Shown: positions 8,641 through 21,379 of the stretch, in pieces
Numbering within the stretch: position 1 is the first letter of the stretch
How the letters are laid out: every line of letters starts with the position of its first letter
Origin: Octopus bimaculoides
Lineage: Eukaryota
Assembly: GCF_001194135.2 (NCBI RefSeq)
Contig: NC_068983.1
Coordinates: 67,903,802 to 67,940,756 of the forward strand
Direction: 5' to 3'
Length of the DNA stretch: 36,955 bases
Notes under the pieces: generated by a model
The model's database searches: none
What the model was told of the DNA's origin: nothing
The model's input: only the letters and a program-made list of their open reading frames with translations
Translations under genes and position numbers: made by a program

Positions 8641-9675
8641 GGAATGAGAAAGAAACGCTAGGTAAAATGTGGGCTATACTTGTCCTATTAAACAACAGTT
8701 ACGAGACACAGGATTTGAAAGAATATCAAGTCAACCAGCCGAGGCAAATCCCATTAGTTTTTATGTGTAGTTTTTAGTGATGGAATCAAAGCAAGTAGAC
8801 AGACCAATCAGGTGCAATGCACACTTGTGGCCATACATTTGATTCATCGTCCTTGGAACGATGAAATACGATGGTCAGAATTAAAGGATGTCGGTAACTA
8901 CGTAGACTCTTGGTTCATCGTTACTTTCGTGGTACAATATGTGTAAGTAGAAGTGCTGAGTTCACGAAGAATGACATGTGGCCGGGAGGGGGTCAAGATG
9001 GATATTCAAGAACTCAAGACTTTTGAAGACCTGCTCCCAGCTAGGTGTGGAAAGTAAGAAAATAAAACTGATAGCACAGAGTATGAGGCCCAGATGCTCC
9101 GCGTGGTAGCAAAAATTACTAGGGGAATCTTGTTCAGAAGAAAAGCAGACGAAAAGAAAGAGAACAGGAACAGAATCATCAACGATGAGTTATTGTTCAC
9201 AAAGCACAATCGATCGAATAAAAACCGTATCCTTAGTACTTGAGAGAGGGGGGAACCTTAGCAAAGTCCTGCCTGCTGGATCATGTCTATGGTTTGTGGA
9301 TATGTAGGCTGCAGTTCCTACTGTATTCTCAAGCCTTAAGTCACCCTCCTTTTCCCGTCACTAGTTTTGATGATCTGGCAAGCCATAGGACTGACGTTCC
9401 TTCTTTAACTAAGTTCTGATTAAACTCTGCTGCAGCTGCTTTTGACTTTCAGCATTCTAAGGGTGATAAGTCTTTTTCTTTTGCGTTATATTCTCTTCAA
9501 TGAGATCTACGTTTGGAGAGAGAGGACGTTTGTATGTGAGTGAATGCTTGGATATGTATGTGCATTGTATTGGCAGTAATGTAGGGTGCTACAGATAAAT
9601 AGTGGTGCGACGGTTGTGTAATGAAACGAATGCATTACTTTACATGTTGTTGAAACTTCACGGTTGAGCAGTGAT

Positions 9676-9821
9676 TAAGATACAAATGTACCATATGAGT
9701 CCATTGCATGTTTGCACAAATCGGAATTCGATTAAATTGACCCCAGATAAGATACAAATGTACCATATGAGTCCATTGCATGTTTGCACAAATCGGAATT
9801 CGATTAAATTGACCCCAGATA
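9676..9821. repeat. Perfect 72-bp tandem duplication
   Basis: aagatacaaatgtaccatatg...ttgaccccagat occurs at 9677-9748 and 9749-9820 with no mismatches. Confidence 0.95.
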
Positions 9822-9858
9822 TTAATGCTTTGACAGGAACTTTAGTTTATTCACTAAA

Positions 9859-9951
9859 TTGAACCCAGAGTGGTTTGAACTCACAACATAACGATAGGAA
9901 CAAATGCCACATTTTATCCGCCCCACTAAAGATTCTGTCATTCTACCGCCC
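9859..9951 (-). mobile_element. SINE family 1 head fragment
   Basis: Minus strand gggcggtagaatgacagaatctttag..gttgtgagttcaaacc resembles the head and B box of the 8420 copy. Confidence 0.55.
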
Positions 9952-10179
9952 TGGTCAATAAAATAAGTTTCCTTTCTTTCTAGTGACAAGTCGGTGAACG
10001 ACGTGTGATGACGTTGCTTAAAAAACGATGTGTGTTTGTCGAAGAGGTCTCATTCGAGAATACAAACGTGATTTTTCCCGTTGCCTTCCTTTGAATAATA
10101 TTACAAGACAGTATCTTGTAAAATTTTAATCGATTAGATGCAGACAAGTTTACCACATCTGCCTGGGCATTCAGAACTT

Positions 10180-10400
10180 ACAACGATGTAACAGTTCCAC
10201 CAGTCGATTAGTGCTTTATTTTCTCAACCCCAGGAGGTAAAAAGATAAATCTCGGCAGGATTTGAATTCGGAAAGCTAAGAACTAGAGCAACATCAAAGC
10301 ATTTTGTGCGTTGTTCTTGCAATTACGTCAATCCACCGACCTGGACAAGATATTTGGTATTATCGACCCCTGAAAAGATGAAAGGCAAAGTTGATCTCAT
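10180..10400 (-). mobile_element. Two adjacent degenerate SINE family 1 fragments
   Basis: Reverse-complement cores ttttctcaaccccaggagg..ctcggcaggatttgaattc and ttatcgacccctgaaaagatgaaaggcaaagttgatctc. Confidence 0.55.
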
Positions 10401-10519
10401 AAAATAAGTTGTACCTGTAACATATTGGGATTCGATATATAAGCTTCAGTAAACATCACGCCAAAATTTTGGCCTTATGCCAATATTTAAAATCGTTATT
10501 TAGTTACGTCCCTCTATGC

Positions 10520-10630
10520 TTCTTAGCTCAAATTCCACCATGGTCGATTTTACTTTTTATCTGCCAGGGAATCGATAAATAAGTCCCAGTCAAGTGCTGA
10601 AGTCGATAATAATTGACTGTAACTCTCACT
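10520..10630 (+). mobile_element. Degenerate SINE family 1 fragment
   Basis: ctcaaattccaccatggtcgattttactttttatc..gaatcgataaataagtcccag. Confidence 0.5.
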
Positions 10631-10689
10631 CTGAGTACCTTTTACTCAACACACTGTAAATGTTACTTATTATTATCATTGTTGTTGTT

Positions 10690-10790
10690 TATCCCAACCA
10701 TATCCAGTTTTTCAACCACATTGTATGATTCAATGTGTCAATTTTATAAAACTGCGGGAGTGTGATTTGAGGATGATTTGGCTGCTAAGT
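10690..10790 (+). repeat. Short interspersed repeat with motif gtgtgatttgagg..atttggctgcta (copy 1 of 4)
   Basis: Motif at 10758-10787 recurs at 32856-32895 (+), 33020-33069 (-) and 33983-34020 (+). Confidence 0.55.
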
Positions 10791-12729
10791 GTCTAAGTGT
10801 CTAAGTGTTTTTAAAATATAATTTAAAACTTTAGAAAATCCATTTTAAGCTTCGTTATTTTGAAAAGCGTGTTATTCATAAATTGGTTATACACAAGAAT
10901 AATCAATAAAATAAGGTAAGAAATAGTTTTGTTTCTTTCGTTTTCTTTTTTTCTTTTGCTTTAAAACAGTTTTGTTTCAGCTTTACGTGTGAAGTCTGTT
11001 AGTAATTTTTGTTGAACTCTAGTGTGCCACGAAATGTAAAGGATCGACAGCCACTGATGAAGAGAATCATTCGCCTCATTACGCACATCTACTCCAATCA
11101 TTTTACTATACACGCCGCAACTGTTTCTTTATTGTATACCCAGCAACTGTTCAGTCGTTTGCACACTGGAACTGTTTCCGCATTATATTCAATAGAACGG
11201 TTTCATCGGTATATAACCAGCCTACAGTAACCTTTCCGTTATATACAATGCTACTGTTTCTTCTCCCTGCACCTCGTAGAAGCTAGTAAACTATTCATAT
11301 GTGTACCATAATGGTTTCTCTATTATGCATCCATACGCCTATACATCCATACACCCAGCAGTAGACAGAGTCTCAACTGTCCATTGTCCATACCCTATCT
11401 GTATTAGCGTTAATGTCTACAAGTTAGTGCACATGTCCTAGCATATGTACATACGCACGGCATTGTGCTACAGCAGCTCGCTGCACCAAATGCGTATCTT
11501 CAACCCCACATAAGGTAGATGTCAACGACTTGGTTTATTTATCTCTCGTCTAGCAGGCTACCACTCCCACCGCTACCACTACATCAAACGCACATACCTA
11601 GACACACACCCACACACACATGCATGCACATATTTCTTCAGTTCACCTCTCTTCCGCGCTCTCCCTCTTTTTCTCCCCTCACTCTCTCTCTCTCTATTTC
11701 TATCTCGCTCACTCTCACTCTCTCTCTCTCACTCTCTCTCTCATTTCTTCTCTACTCTCCTGTTTTGAAACTTGTTCCCTCTATTTCACACACACATGTA
11801 CTCATACATACAACACACATAAACACATACAAATATAATACATACATACATANNNNNNNNNNNNNNNNNNNNNNNNNNNNNNNNNNNNNNNNNNNNNNNN
11901 NNNNNNNNNNNNNNNNNNNNNNNNNNNNNNNNNNNNNNNNNNNNNNNNNNNNNNNNNNNNNNNNNNNNNNNNNNNNNNNNNNNNNNNNNNNNNNNNNNNN
12001 NNNNNNNNNNNNNNNNNNNNNNNNNNNNNNNNNNNNNNNNNNNNNNNNNNNNNNNNNNNNNNNNNNNNNNNNNNNNNNNNNNNNNNNNNNNNNNNNNNNN
12101 NNNNNNNNNNNNNNNNNNNNNNNNNNNNNNNNNNNNNNNNNNNNNNNNNNNNNNNNNNNNNNNNNNNNNNNNNNNNNNNNNNNNNNNNNNNNNNNNNNNN
12201 NNNNNNNNNNNNNNNNNNNNNNNNNNNNNNNNNNNNNNNNNNNNNNNNNNNNNNNNNNNNNNNNNNNNNNNNNNNNNNNNNNNNNNNNNNNNNNNNNNNN
12301 NNNNNNNNNNNNNNNNNNNNNNNNNNNNNNNNNNNNNNNNNNNNNNNNNNNNNNNNNNNNNNNNNNNNNNNNNNNNNNNNNNNNNNNNNNNNNNNNNNNN
12401 NNNNNNNNNNNNNNNNNNNNNNNNNNNNNNNNNNNNNNNNNNNNNNNNNNNNNNNNNNNNNNNNNNNNNNNNNNNNNNNNNNNNNNNNNNNNNNNNNNNN
12501 NNNNNNNNNNNNNNNNNNNNNNNNNNNNNNNNNNNNNNNNNNNNNNNNNNNNNNNNNNNNNNNNNNNNNNNNNNNNNNNNNNNNNNNNNNNNNNNNNNNN
12601 NNNNNNNNNNNNNNNNNNNNNNNNNNNNNTCTCTCTCTCTCTCTCTCTCTCTCAAACTCCCTCTTTCACCTTTAAATATAAAATCGCATGCATTCGTACA
12701 CACATCTGCGCGCGTGTACATAAATGTGA

Positions 12730-12740
12730 TAATGGTGATA

Positions 12741-12796
<56 letters not shown>

Positions 12797-12842
12797 GGTG
12801 GTGGCGGTGATGATGATGATGATGGTGATGATGGTGATGATA
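12730..12842. repeat. (GAT)n/(GGT)n microsatellite
   Basis: Direct reading. Confidence 0.95.
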
Positions 12843-13404
12843 AACTGTCCATATGTATACATCACGCCTAAGAACCTCTTACAATCCGGAGCCAGGTACG
12901 TAAAAAAGGCATAAGTAATGGACAAAGCTATGTTAGTTCAACCACTGACTTTGAAGATATGATATCGAGAACGTGAGGCAGATGGAGGGACTAGGTGAAT
13001 GAGATTAGTTTACTGGCAGTCACTTTTGCTTAACGGATTACAGGCATGTGGTCGCTCAATCCGCTAAAAGTAGTCATCAAAACTATCGCAAAGCACATTC
13101 AACCGTCTTCACTAAAGGTGATATTGAACAGGTTTGTCAAGACTGGAATGTTTTTCGTCATAGTCTTGTTCGTCTACGAAAGCAACACAAAGTTTACGAG
13201 GAGCCAAAGAGAAGGCCTGCACACCTATAAGACAGCAGCCAAGTTTTCCTAAAAATCATGCTGTAACGACTTCAGCAAGTAAAGGACATATTGGACTCTT
13301 TGTCATATGTAGGACGATTTTCATCAACCTGCGATGTTTTAAACACAACACGTATTATCCCCGGATGAATAATGCAATAAATTTGCTTTCCACGATGTAT
13401 GTAT

Positions 13405-13602
13405 GTTGTTTTCAAATTTTGGCTCAAGTCCAGCAAGTTCGAGGAAGGGAGTACAATCGAATGCATAGACCCCAATACTCAACAAATATTTATTTTAGCG
13501 ACTCCAAGAGGATGAAAGGCAAAGTGGACCTTGGAGGAATTTGAACTCAAAACTTAAAGACAGACGAAATGCCACTAACGATTCTGTCAGCTCACCACCT
13601 TA
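13405..13602 (-). mobile_element. tRNA-derived SINE family 1
   Basis: Plus strand gaggatgaaaggcaaagtggaccttggaggaatttgaactc..gacagacgaaatgcc..ctaacgattctgtcagctcaccacctt is the reverse complement of core and head. Confidence 0.75.
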
Positions 13603-13944
13603 ACGTTGTGCTTATATTAAGTATGTTCATAGATGGCTAATTTATATTAATAATGTCACGTGAAATGATTATCTTCTGTATAATAACTGGCAGTGAATTC
13701 TTAAAGTATGCACACATAATGTCGAAGAACAGTCAAAGTGATAAGTGTACGAACAGATGTCTCTTCTAACACATAGCGAAGGATATGTTACTTTGGAATA
13801 GCATTTTTCTTACTAATATCTACGCCTAGAAAGAAGATACTGAAAATGACTCGTGAATTTCGTTCGTAGTTGAGAGTATAATAATAACTACGAAAACTTC
13901 ATGGGGTAGAACTTTCTGGAAACAATTAATCTGTATGGAAAATC

Positions 13945-13992
<48 letters not shown>

Positions 13993-14154
13993 NNNNNNNN
14001 NNNNNNNNNNNNNNNNNNNNNNNNNNNNNNNNNNNNNNNNNNNNNNNNNNNNNNNNNNNNNNNNNNNNNNNNNNNNNNNNNNNNNNNNNNNNNNNNNNNN
14101 NNNNNNNNNNNNNNNNNNNNNNNNNNNNNNNNNNNNNNNNNNNNNNNNNNNNNN

Positions 14155-14210
<56 letters not shown>

Positions 14211-15358
14211 TCTCTTCTCTCTCAGCTGCGAAACTTAACGTTCTATGACGAAAAGGAAGAAAAAAGAAAGAAAAATAGCACTATTTCATGAATGTCTTCT
14301 AAAATGTAATTATTTTCATACTATAAGAAATGTCTGGCTTCATCAAATCTTTAATATAATTTAATTTATTTGACTAAAGTTATGCCAGACTGACGATTTC
14401 AAAATTGAGTGAAATAAGGCTATATATGATTAACTATAAGAAAGAAATTTTTAAATAATCATAATGAGTAAAAAAGTTAAATATGTACATGTCATGAATC
14501 TTCTTTCATGCTTTTCGATTTAAAATTCAAAATTCTAATCGCGCGAAGATTGCTCTAATGATTGTCTCCCTTACAATAAATGACCTCCGAGGCGCACTGC
14601 ATATAAAAATATGTGTTTGTGTGTGTTCATGTATGTATATATGTATGTAAGTGTGCATATATACATACACATAGGTTTGTTGAAAAACAATAGAAATAGA
14701 ACCGAATACACAAAAGTATATATACTCTCCCGCCTATTCAGTTACTTGTGAGTTTGTGTGTGCGTGAGAGAGAGGGAGAGAGAGAAAGAGAAAGAGAGTG
14801 CGTGTGCGCGTGTATGTGCATCATGGCTAAGTTCAGCAATTATAGGAGACGAGGCAGCAAATGTGACCTCTGTATCAGAGAAACGTTAAATATAAGATCA
14901 GCAGTGAATGTTTTAAACATTATGTAGAAAACTTTTTGCCCTTGCATGCACAACAAACAATTCAAACTTCGAAATTTCAAGCATTACTTCCACCAACTCT
15001 GCCATCCCCATCAACCAGAATAAGTTCTTTTGATATCGAATATCTGAAAATTATGCTTTATATATACATCATACATTAAAGACATATATATGCATGAACT
15101 TATGCTAGATTCTCACACTCCAGAGATATATATGCATGGAATATATTCATACGGTTAATTCAAAGGAGATAACAATCAAGGTATTCTTATAAGTTACCTC
15201 CCGTGATCTGTGCATTTATTTCGAAATCCCGTTCAGTCTCGTGAAACCTGCGCACTCCCGTCCAAAATTGAGACGAGTTCCAACACTTCCATGCGGTACG
15301 CTTGAACGATTGTGAAGATCTCTTCATATGAAACCATTTTTACTCTTGTTACCACACA

Positions 15359-15398
<40 letters not shown>

Positions 15399-16410
15399 AC
15401 CTCGACAAAAGATATATAGGTACTTTGTAGATTAAGACTAAAACAGTAGCAAAACCAATTGCTCGAATAACTACGTGTACCAATGTAAAAAGAAAATCTG
15501 GCTAAAGCAGCTATCGGTATATATACACTTTCTCATTGATCTTGAGAAAAAAATGATCACAAGTGCTGGATTGTAATTGTATCTGCTTCGTTGTGTTTTC
15601 ATTATTATACTTGAAAGATGATTTACTGAAAATGTTCCACCAATATTTCTTGTGCTGTAATGTATGTATTCAACATCAAAAATATTTTCTGCGGAGTACA
15701 TTTGTAAAAGCGGTACGGGTGATTGTAGGCCTGTGCAATTTGCATGATCAAAAAAAAATGATATAAAACTTGCAGGAATAACTTAACTAAGTCAAGTACA
15801 AGGATGATGGATATTATTTTAGCAACATCATTTATGCCATATTAGAAGTTACTAATTGACTGGAAATTATTGGCAGTTGTTAATCACATGTGTAATACCT
15901 TTCAAATATATTTGTAATTAACAGAAGTTGAAATTTCATTCTTAGTTGGAGAAAGAAAACAATTACCTAATGATGATTGTTACAACTCTCAAAAAAAAAA
16001 GAAAGAATTTCAAAGCATTAAAGTTAATCACTCAAAAGAACCGCTATGAGTATGCTTTGATCTATTGAACTTCCTCATAGTATGGTCTAAGCAAACGTGT
16101 TTAGTGAGGTGACATAGACTTTTAATGGCCAACATAATTTGCGCAGTTAACGATCTAATGGAATTAACTCTACTTGTTCAATGGCATGGATTTAAATAAT
16201 TAAATTAAGCGATGATCAACTAAATGTCATACACAAAAAAAATCTTCATTAATTGAAATATTTCCTTTAGATTGGGGAAAAAAGAATCAAAAGTTTCACA
16301 GCATTGTATATTATTTTAGCTACAACCTTTATGCCATATTAGAAGTCAGTACTTAATTGGAAATTGTTGGCAGCTGTTAATCACGTGTACTATATCGTCC
16401 ATAGTTACGT

Positions 16411-16810
16411 ATAGGCGTAGGAGTGGCTGTGTGGTAAGTAGCTTGCTTACCAGCCACATGATTCCGGGTTCGGTCCCACTGCGTGGCATCTTGGGCAAGT
16501 GTCTTCTACTATAGCCTCGGGCCGACCAAAGCCTTGTGAGTGGATTTGGTAGACGGAAATTGTATATGTATATATGTGTGTGTATATGTTTGTGTGTCTG
16601 TGTTTATCCCCCCTAGCATTGCTTGACAACCGATGCTGGCGTGTTTATGTCCCCATAACTTAGCGGTTCGGCAAAAGAGACTGATAGAATAAGTACTAGG
16701 CTTACAAAGAATAAGTCCTGGGGTCGATTTGCTCGACTAAAGGTGGTGCTCCAGCATGGCCGCAGTCAAATGACTGAAACAAGTAAAAGAGTAAAAGAGT
16801 AAAAGAGAGA
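16411..16810 (+). mobile_element. tRNA-derived SINE family 2, full length and well preserved
   Basis: A box TGGCTGTGTGG (about 16425), B box GGTTCGGTCCC (16467-16477), CORE-like cttgggcaagtgtcttct, internal (TG/TA)n, 3' tail (GTAAAAGA)x3. Matches my recollection of a highly abundant octopus SINE. Confidence 0.88.
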
Positions 16811-17179
16811 TTTCCAGTCGCATCTGGGGCTTTAAGCCTTTCATTGCCTCTTTTACTCAGTAGATAGTTTAAATCTCTTGCTCTTGGATTGAAAAAGCAT
16901 AATGTTCGAAATGTGAAAAAATGTAAGTCATGAGTCCGAGACGAACTACAAGAGAAGTACAATTCCCTGCTCAGATGTAGGTATATATGAACTCTTCTGT
17001 TTTTAATTAAAATCTTCCACTGGTAGATCAAACTACACGTCTCTCCTATCATCATCCACTTCTCGTCTAGTCCTAGTCCTTACATCCATCTTTAACCCAT
17101 TTAATCAGAGAATATCGTACCTCTAGAATTCCCTCTATGGACATGTATTTCCTGAAGTCAACATGCAAGAGTTACAGCT

Positions 17180-19500
17180 CAAGCCTTAAATGATCAAACA
17201 ATCGATCGCGAAGCGATATTTGATGGGTCGCGTCCAGATGTCCTATGCATTGATATATTAAGAAGTGGACGCACAAGACGTGAAGGAAATAGGGTTACCA
17301 GAAAGTGTATGGAACCAATTGGGCGAATTGTATCTATAATTCACTGATTTTGCTTCAGAATTACATTGAAATACAAGACTTAGTGGTATATCTAACTACT
17401 TACACGTTAATTCGTTGAGCAGAAAGTTCAGTTGTCTCATCATGGAAACCGATAGAGATCCATTAAGATATTACGTAGGAAACGTCCGCTGTGTCTTTGA
17501 CTTGCCAAACAATAGTTTCCATAACAAAGCATGTCAATATTCAACATCATTTTCAATCTTTACATCTAAATCGCGATCGAGATTTTTTTCTTGAAAGGCG
17601 GAGTTAGAAAATTTAAAATACCACTAAATTCTCAACAACTGATTTTCTAGACAGTTTGTAAGAAATCTCTATCGGCAACGACAGCTTCATTACGTGTGAT
17701 CCGTATATTTCGCACACCAAAGAAAAACCTTTTAAATGTGGCGAGGTATTATAAGGAAGCTGCATCTGTCAGAAACTGCTAATTCTGTATTTGAAAAATA
17801 TTAAAAGCCAACAAGAAGTTATCGATTCCGCGGTAAGTATGCAGTTATCAAGACAGCTGTGACAAGATGGCTTGAAAAGAAGGCAAATGAAGTACGTTCC
17901 CCTAAAAAAAAATTAAATAATGTGCTTGGGTTTTGGATCGGTTGGATTAATCACTTGACGCGTGTGACAAGACACAAGCATATTTTCACGTTTGCTTTTT
18001 CCTGATTCCACTTTAGAGGAATAATCAGCATTATTCCTATGAAAGCAGGAACAGCTGAAGAAAATATAAATATATTTTTAGAAGATTCGTAGCATCGGAA
18101 AATATACCAATAAAAAACACTTATACCTACTGTGAAAGATATTGCACTAGAAATTAAAATGGCTCTATTGATAAAAAATATATTTTTTTAATTCTAAATT
18201 TTATTTCTTCCATTGCATAATACAGCAACAAGCGTTATTTAAGAAATAAATCTTGATGACGATTAACCAGTAACGGCAAAAATTCAATTTTATTAGAACC
18301 AAAGCACAACAAAGTTTGTTCCAATTTCCTTCACAAGCTGGTGCACACGGTAGAGATTTGCTTCACAATGAAGCGAAGTGGTTGAGGAAAGTATCAGGCA
18401 GTGGTTGCCACATATCAAAGATTTCCATGATGACAACAAAATACAAATATAGCGCTTCTTGAAGACAAAGAATGACTTTGAAGCAAAGAAGTGTTAACAG
18501 ATATCACAAAACTATAGGCGAATGATAAGGAAGTTGATTTCGCAACAGAAGGTCCCAGGCTTAATCCCACAACTTGGCATCTTGGACCAAATGTTCTTCT
18601 CTATAGCCTAGAGTCGGTCTATACCTGGTGAGAGAAATTAGGTAGAAAGAAACTATATAGAAAGCCATCGGGTGGATTGTACCCGTAATTCAAAGTACAG
18701 CTTTGTATCGCACATTGTGTCACGCTGATTCTGCCTGACAATTACGTTAGGCGTAAATATTTCTATGGAATGCTCAGTTACTAACACATTAATTCAGGAG
18801 CAAGTAATTCGGTTGATCGAACAAGTGAGTCTTCATCGTCGAACTATTGGCATCGACAACTACCACCATAACAAAATTCAATGATTTCATTATTGCATTC
18901 CAAATTAAAAATTAAAAAATTATATCAGTCAGGATTTTTCATAAACTTTTTTAAAAATGAAATTAGTTCAAAAAATTGATCCTACATACATATATATCAA
19001 AGATTTGTCTGATAAGATGGGTCTAACTTCAATCGCAAGCCATAATAATTATGAAGAATTTGTAATGCTTCTAGAAAATATACTGAGTCAATTTGAAAAG
19101 TGATATAATGGTTTAATTTGTTTTCTTTTCGCTTTTCCGCTCGGTACAAATAACATGGCAGTTGTGTGTCAAGAACTACTTGGAAAACAGTTTAATTTAA
19201 ATGTTAGGGATTTACAGATATTGATTGTTAATTTACAAAGCAACATTCTTTTGAAATCACAAAATCACAAATTCATCAGAAGTGAAGATCACTGACTTCT
19301 GATCAGTATCCACAACTGAAAGATGCTTATCATCGGCTGCTGTTATGTTCTGGTGGAACAGGCATGTGTTAAGTATCGTTTCCTTGTATGTATCATATTA
19401 AATGTGAATATCAAACATGAACAACTCAGAAACATCATGGATGCCTTTCGGAAAATTACAATCTTCACTCTGGTTTCAAATATATATTAAAACATGACAC
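17180..19500 (+). mobile_element. Heavily decayed hAT transposon (SPIN/Charlie, GTF2IRD2-like transposase), interrupted by a SINE
   Basis: Motifs in the expected order: CQTIVSITKHVNIQHHFQSLH (17503, N-terminal zinc finger), SATTASLRV..KPFKCGEVL, QLSR.AVTRWLE, LD*SLDACDKTQ (17942, cf. LDESTD..DTAQ), IPMK, HCIIQQQAL (18211, cf. HCIIHQQAL), DLLHNEAKWL (18355, cf. LLHTEVRWL), and DQYPQLKDAY..SGGTGMC*VSFPCM..IKCEY (19301, cf. hAT dimerisation domain). Ends are approximate. Confidence 0.78.
18513..18865 (+). mobile_element. Degenerate SINE: family-2 head and core joined to the shared tail module T1
   Basis: ataggcg..ggcatcttggac..tcttctctatagcc..ggtagaaagaaact aligns to 16411. tgtgtcacgctgatt..gttgatcgaacaag..cttcatcgtcg aligns to the reverse complement of 24496-24600 and 31221-31420. 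Confidence 0.65.
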
Positions 19501-20269
19501 TAAATTATTTATTTTTAAAACGTGTATTTTGCATATTTTGTTATATTGCTAGAAAATATAAACATAATAGTCAAAGCGTGTTAAACATTTGGAACATTTT
19601 CAGCGAAAGTATTTTCAATGAATAAATTTTGCATCGATCTTGGAGAGTCTGTGTGAGTGATGATGATGTCTTGAAACAAATATTGTAAGTATAGAATAAC
19701 TATGGTGACATAGCAGACTTGTATGGGCAAGTCATATATATCGTATGGAAAATGAGAAAAACCCAAAGCATTTCCCTATGTTCTGTGGAAAATCCTTTTA
19801 CAAACTGGAGTTAAAATACAAATACTTCCTTAAATCTGTTCTGAACTGAAAAATAATATTTGGATGACGAGTTGAGAACTAATTGCAAACGTTATGGAAT
19901 TGGGGAAGAAGAGGCTCAACGCGTACAGTGAATTTGAAGTACAGAGAAAAGTACACACTATGATTATCAATAATCCTTTCAAATGTTCAACTTGTAAAGA
20001 TATCTATGGCTGGTCATGTTAGACACTCGAAGGTACATGAACCAAATCAAGCTAATCATCTTTCCCACCTGAAAGAACACATGCCTGCCAATCATGAAGT
20101 AAATGTCATCTCTTTTTCTGCTGGCCTAAACCATGATTCTGCATATCATTTAACTGAGAAGAGATAATTCATATGATGGTAGTAGTTAAAATTGCAATGC
20201 ATCAGCTGGGCCAAAATATTCTTTGCTACTTTGTAGATTGTTTTCAAGCAATGGCCATACTTCGTTCTG

Positions 20270-20391
20270 CACACACACACACGCACACACACACACATAC
20301 ATATATGATTGTATACATATATGTATGTATTTAAATTTATACATACATGTATATACATATATATACATACATATTTACATATAAATACGCA

Positions 20392-20470
<79 letters not shown>

Positions 20471-20525
20471 ATATGTATGTATGTATGTATGTATATGTAT
20501 GTATACACACACACATATATATATG
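20270..20525. repeat. Compound (CA)n/(TA)n/(TATG)n microsatellite
   Basis: Direct reading. Confidence 0.95.
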
Positions 20526-20944
20526 CATGAATATATAAGTGCTCACGTACGTATAATGATTAGCTATCGGTTTTCCGCATTTGTGAGAAAGCATCCATTG
20601 TCCTACTGACTGCCGGTCATTATCAAGTACTTAATTTTACCATAGAATAGATCTACTCGATGACTAATGAAGCTCATTAATCTCCTTCTTAGCATATATT
20701 ATTACATATCCATAGAATGTCACTTATTGATTAAACAGCGCCTTTTTTTTTTTCCAAGATCAATCATTGTTCACGCGTTCAATGCATGATTAGGGACATG
20801 CACAGACTGCTACTTGTTGCACTTGGCCAAGGAATGCTGTATGGTCAGTTGCTGGTCAACACTGAGGTAATTCATGCTATAGTTCGTGATTTTTTTTTAA
20901 TGCTTGATTTGTTCTTTGAGCATTCAGTATAAGTGTAAATGTGT

Positions 20945-21115
20945 ATCTGCGAATGTATCTATATGTATGTGTATGTATAATACGCATGTATGCATGTATG
21001 CATGCATGCACGCACGCGCGCATGCATGTATGAATGTACGCATGTATGTATGTATGTATGTATGTATGTACCTACGTATGTACGTACGTATNNNNNNNNN
21101 NTACGTGTGTATGTA
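20945..21115. repeat. Compound (TATG)n/(CATG)n microsatellite
   Basis: Direct reading. Confidence 0.9.
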
Positions 21116-21379
21116 AGAGTGTAGGCAGATATGTGTGTGTATTTCCTGATTTGTAAGGATATGTTCCTTTTGTATAATTATATGAATACTCAAGCATCCA
21201 CATACATGCGTTTGTGCGTATGTATGTGTGTGAGGAAGGGGAAGACGGACATACAGACAAACAGACAAGCAGACGGACAGAAGTTAATTCTCAAATGTAG
21301 CAAAGCAACTACAGGAATGAATTACTTGCTTTGAAACAGGGGCGATAAATTGATAAAAACAGATATATAAATAAAAATT

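Noticed and set aside
9676-9821. CRISPR-like or coding repeat
   Set aside because: Two abutting units with no spacers in a eukaryotic context. The 63-aa ORF has a non-ATG start and no homology.
10100-10121. Hairpin ttacaaga-cagta-tcttgtaa
   Set aside because: An 8-bp AT-rich stem is expected by chance in 37 kb, and there is no associated feature.
13044-13131. Possible 88-bp internal exon (ttacag| ... cag|gtttgt) with overlapping short ORFs at 13046-13252
   Set aside because: Weak polypyrimidine tract, no recognisable peptide and no partner exons. Cannot be supported without RNA data.
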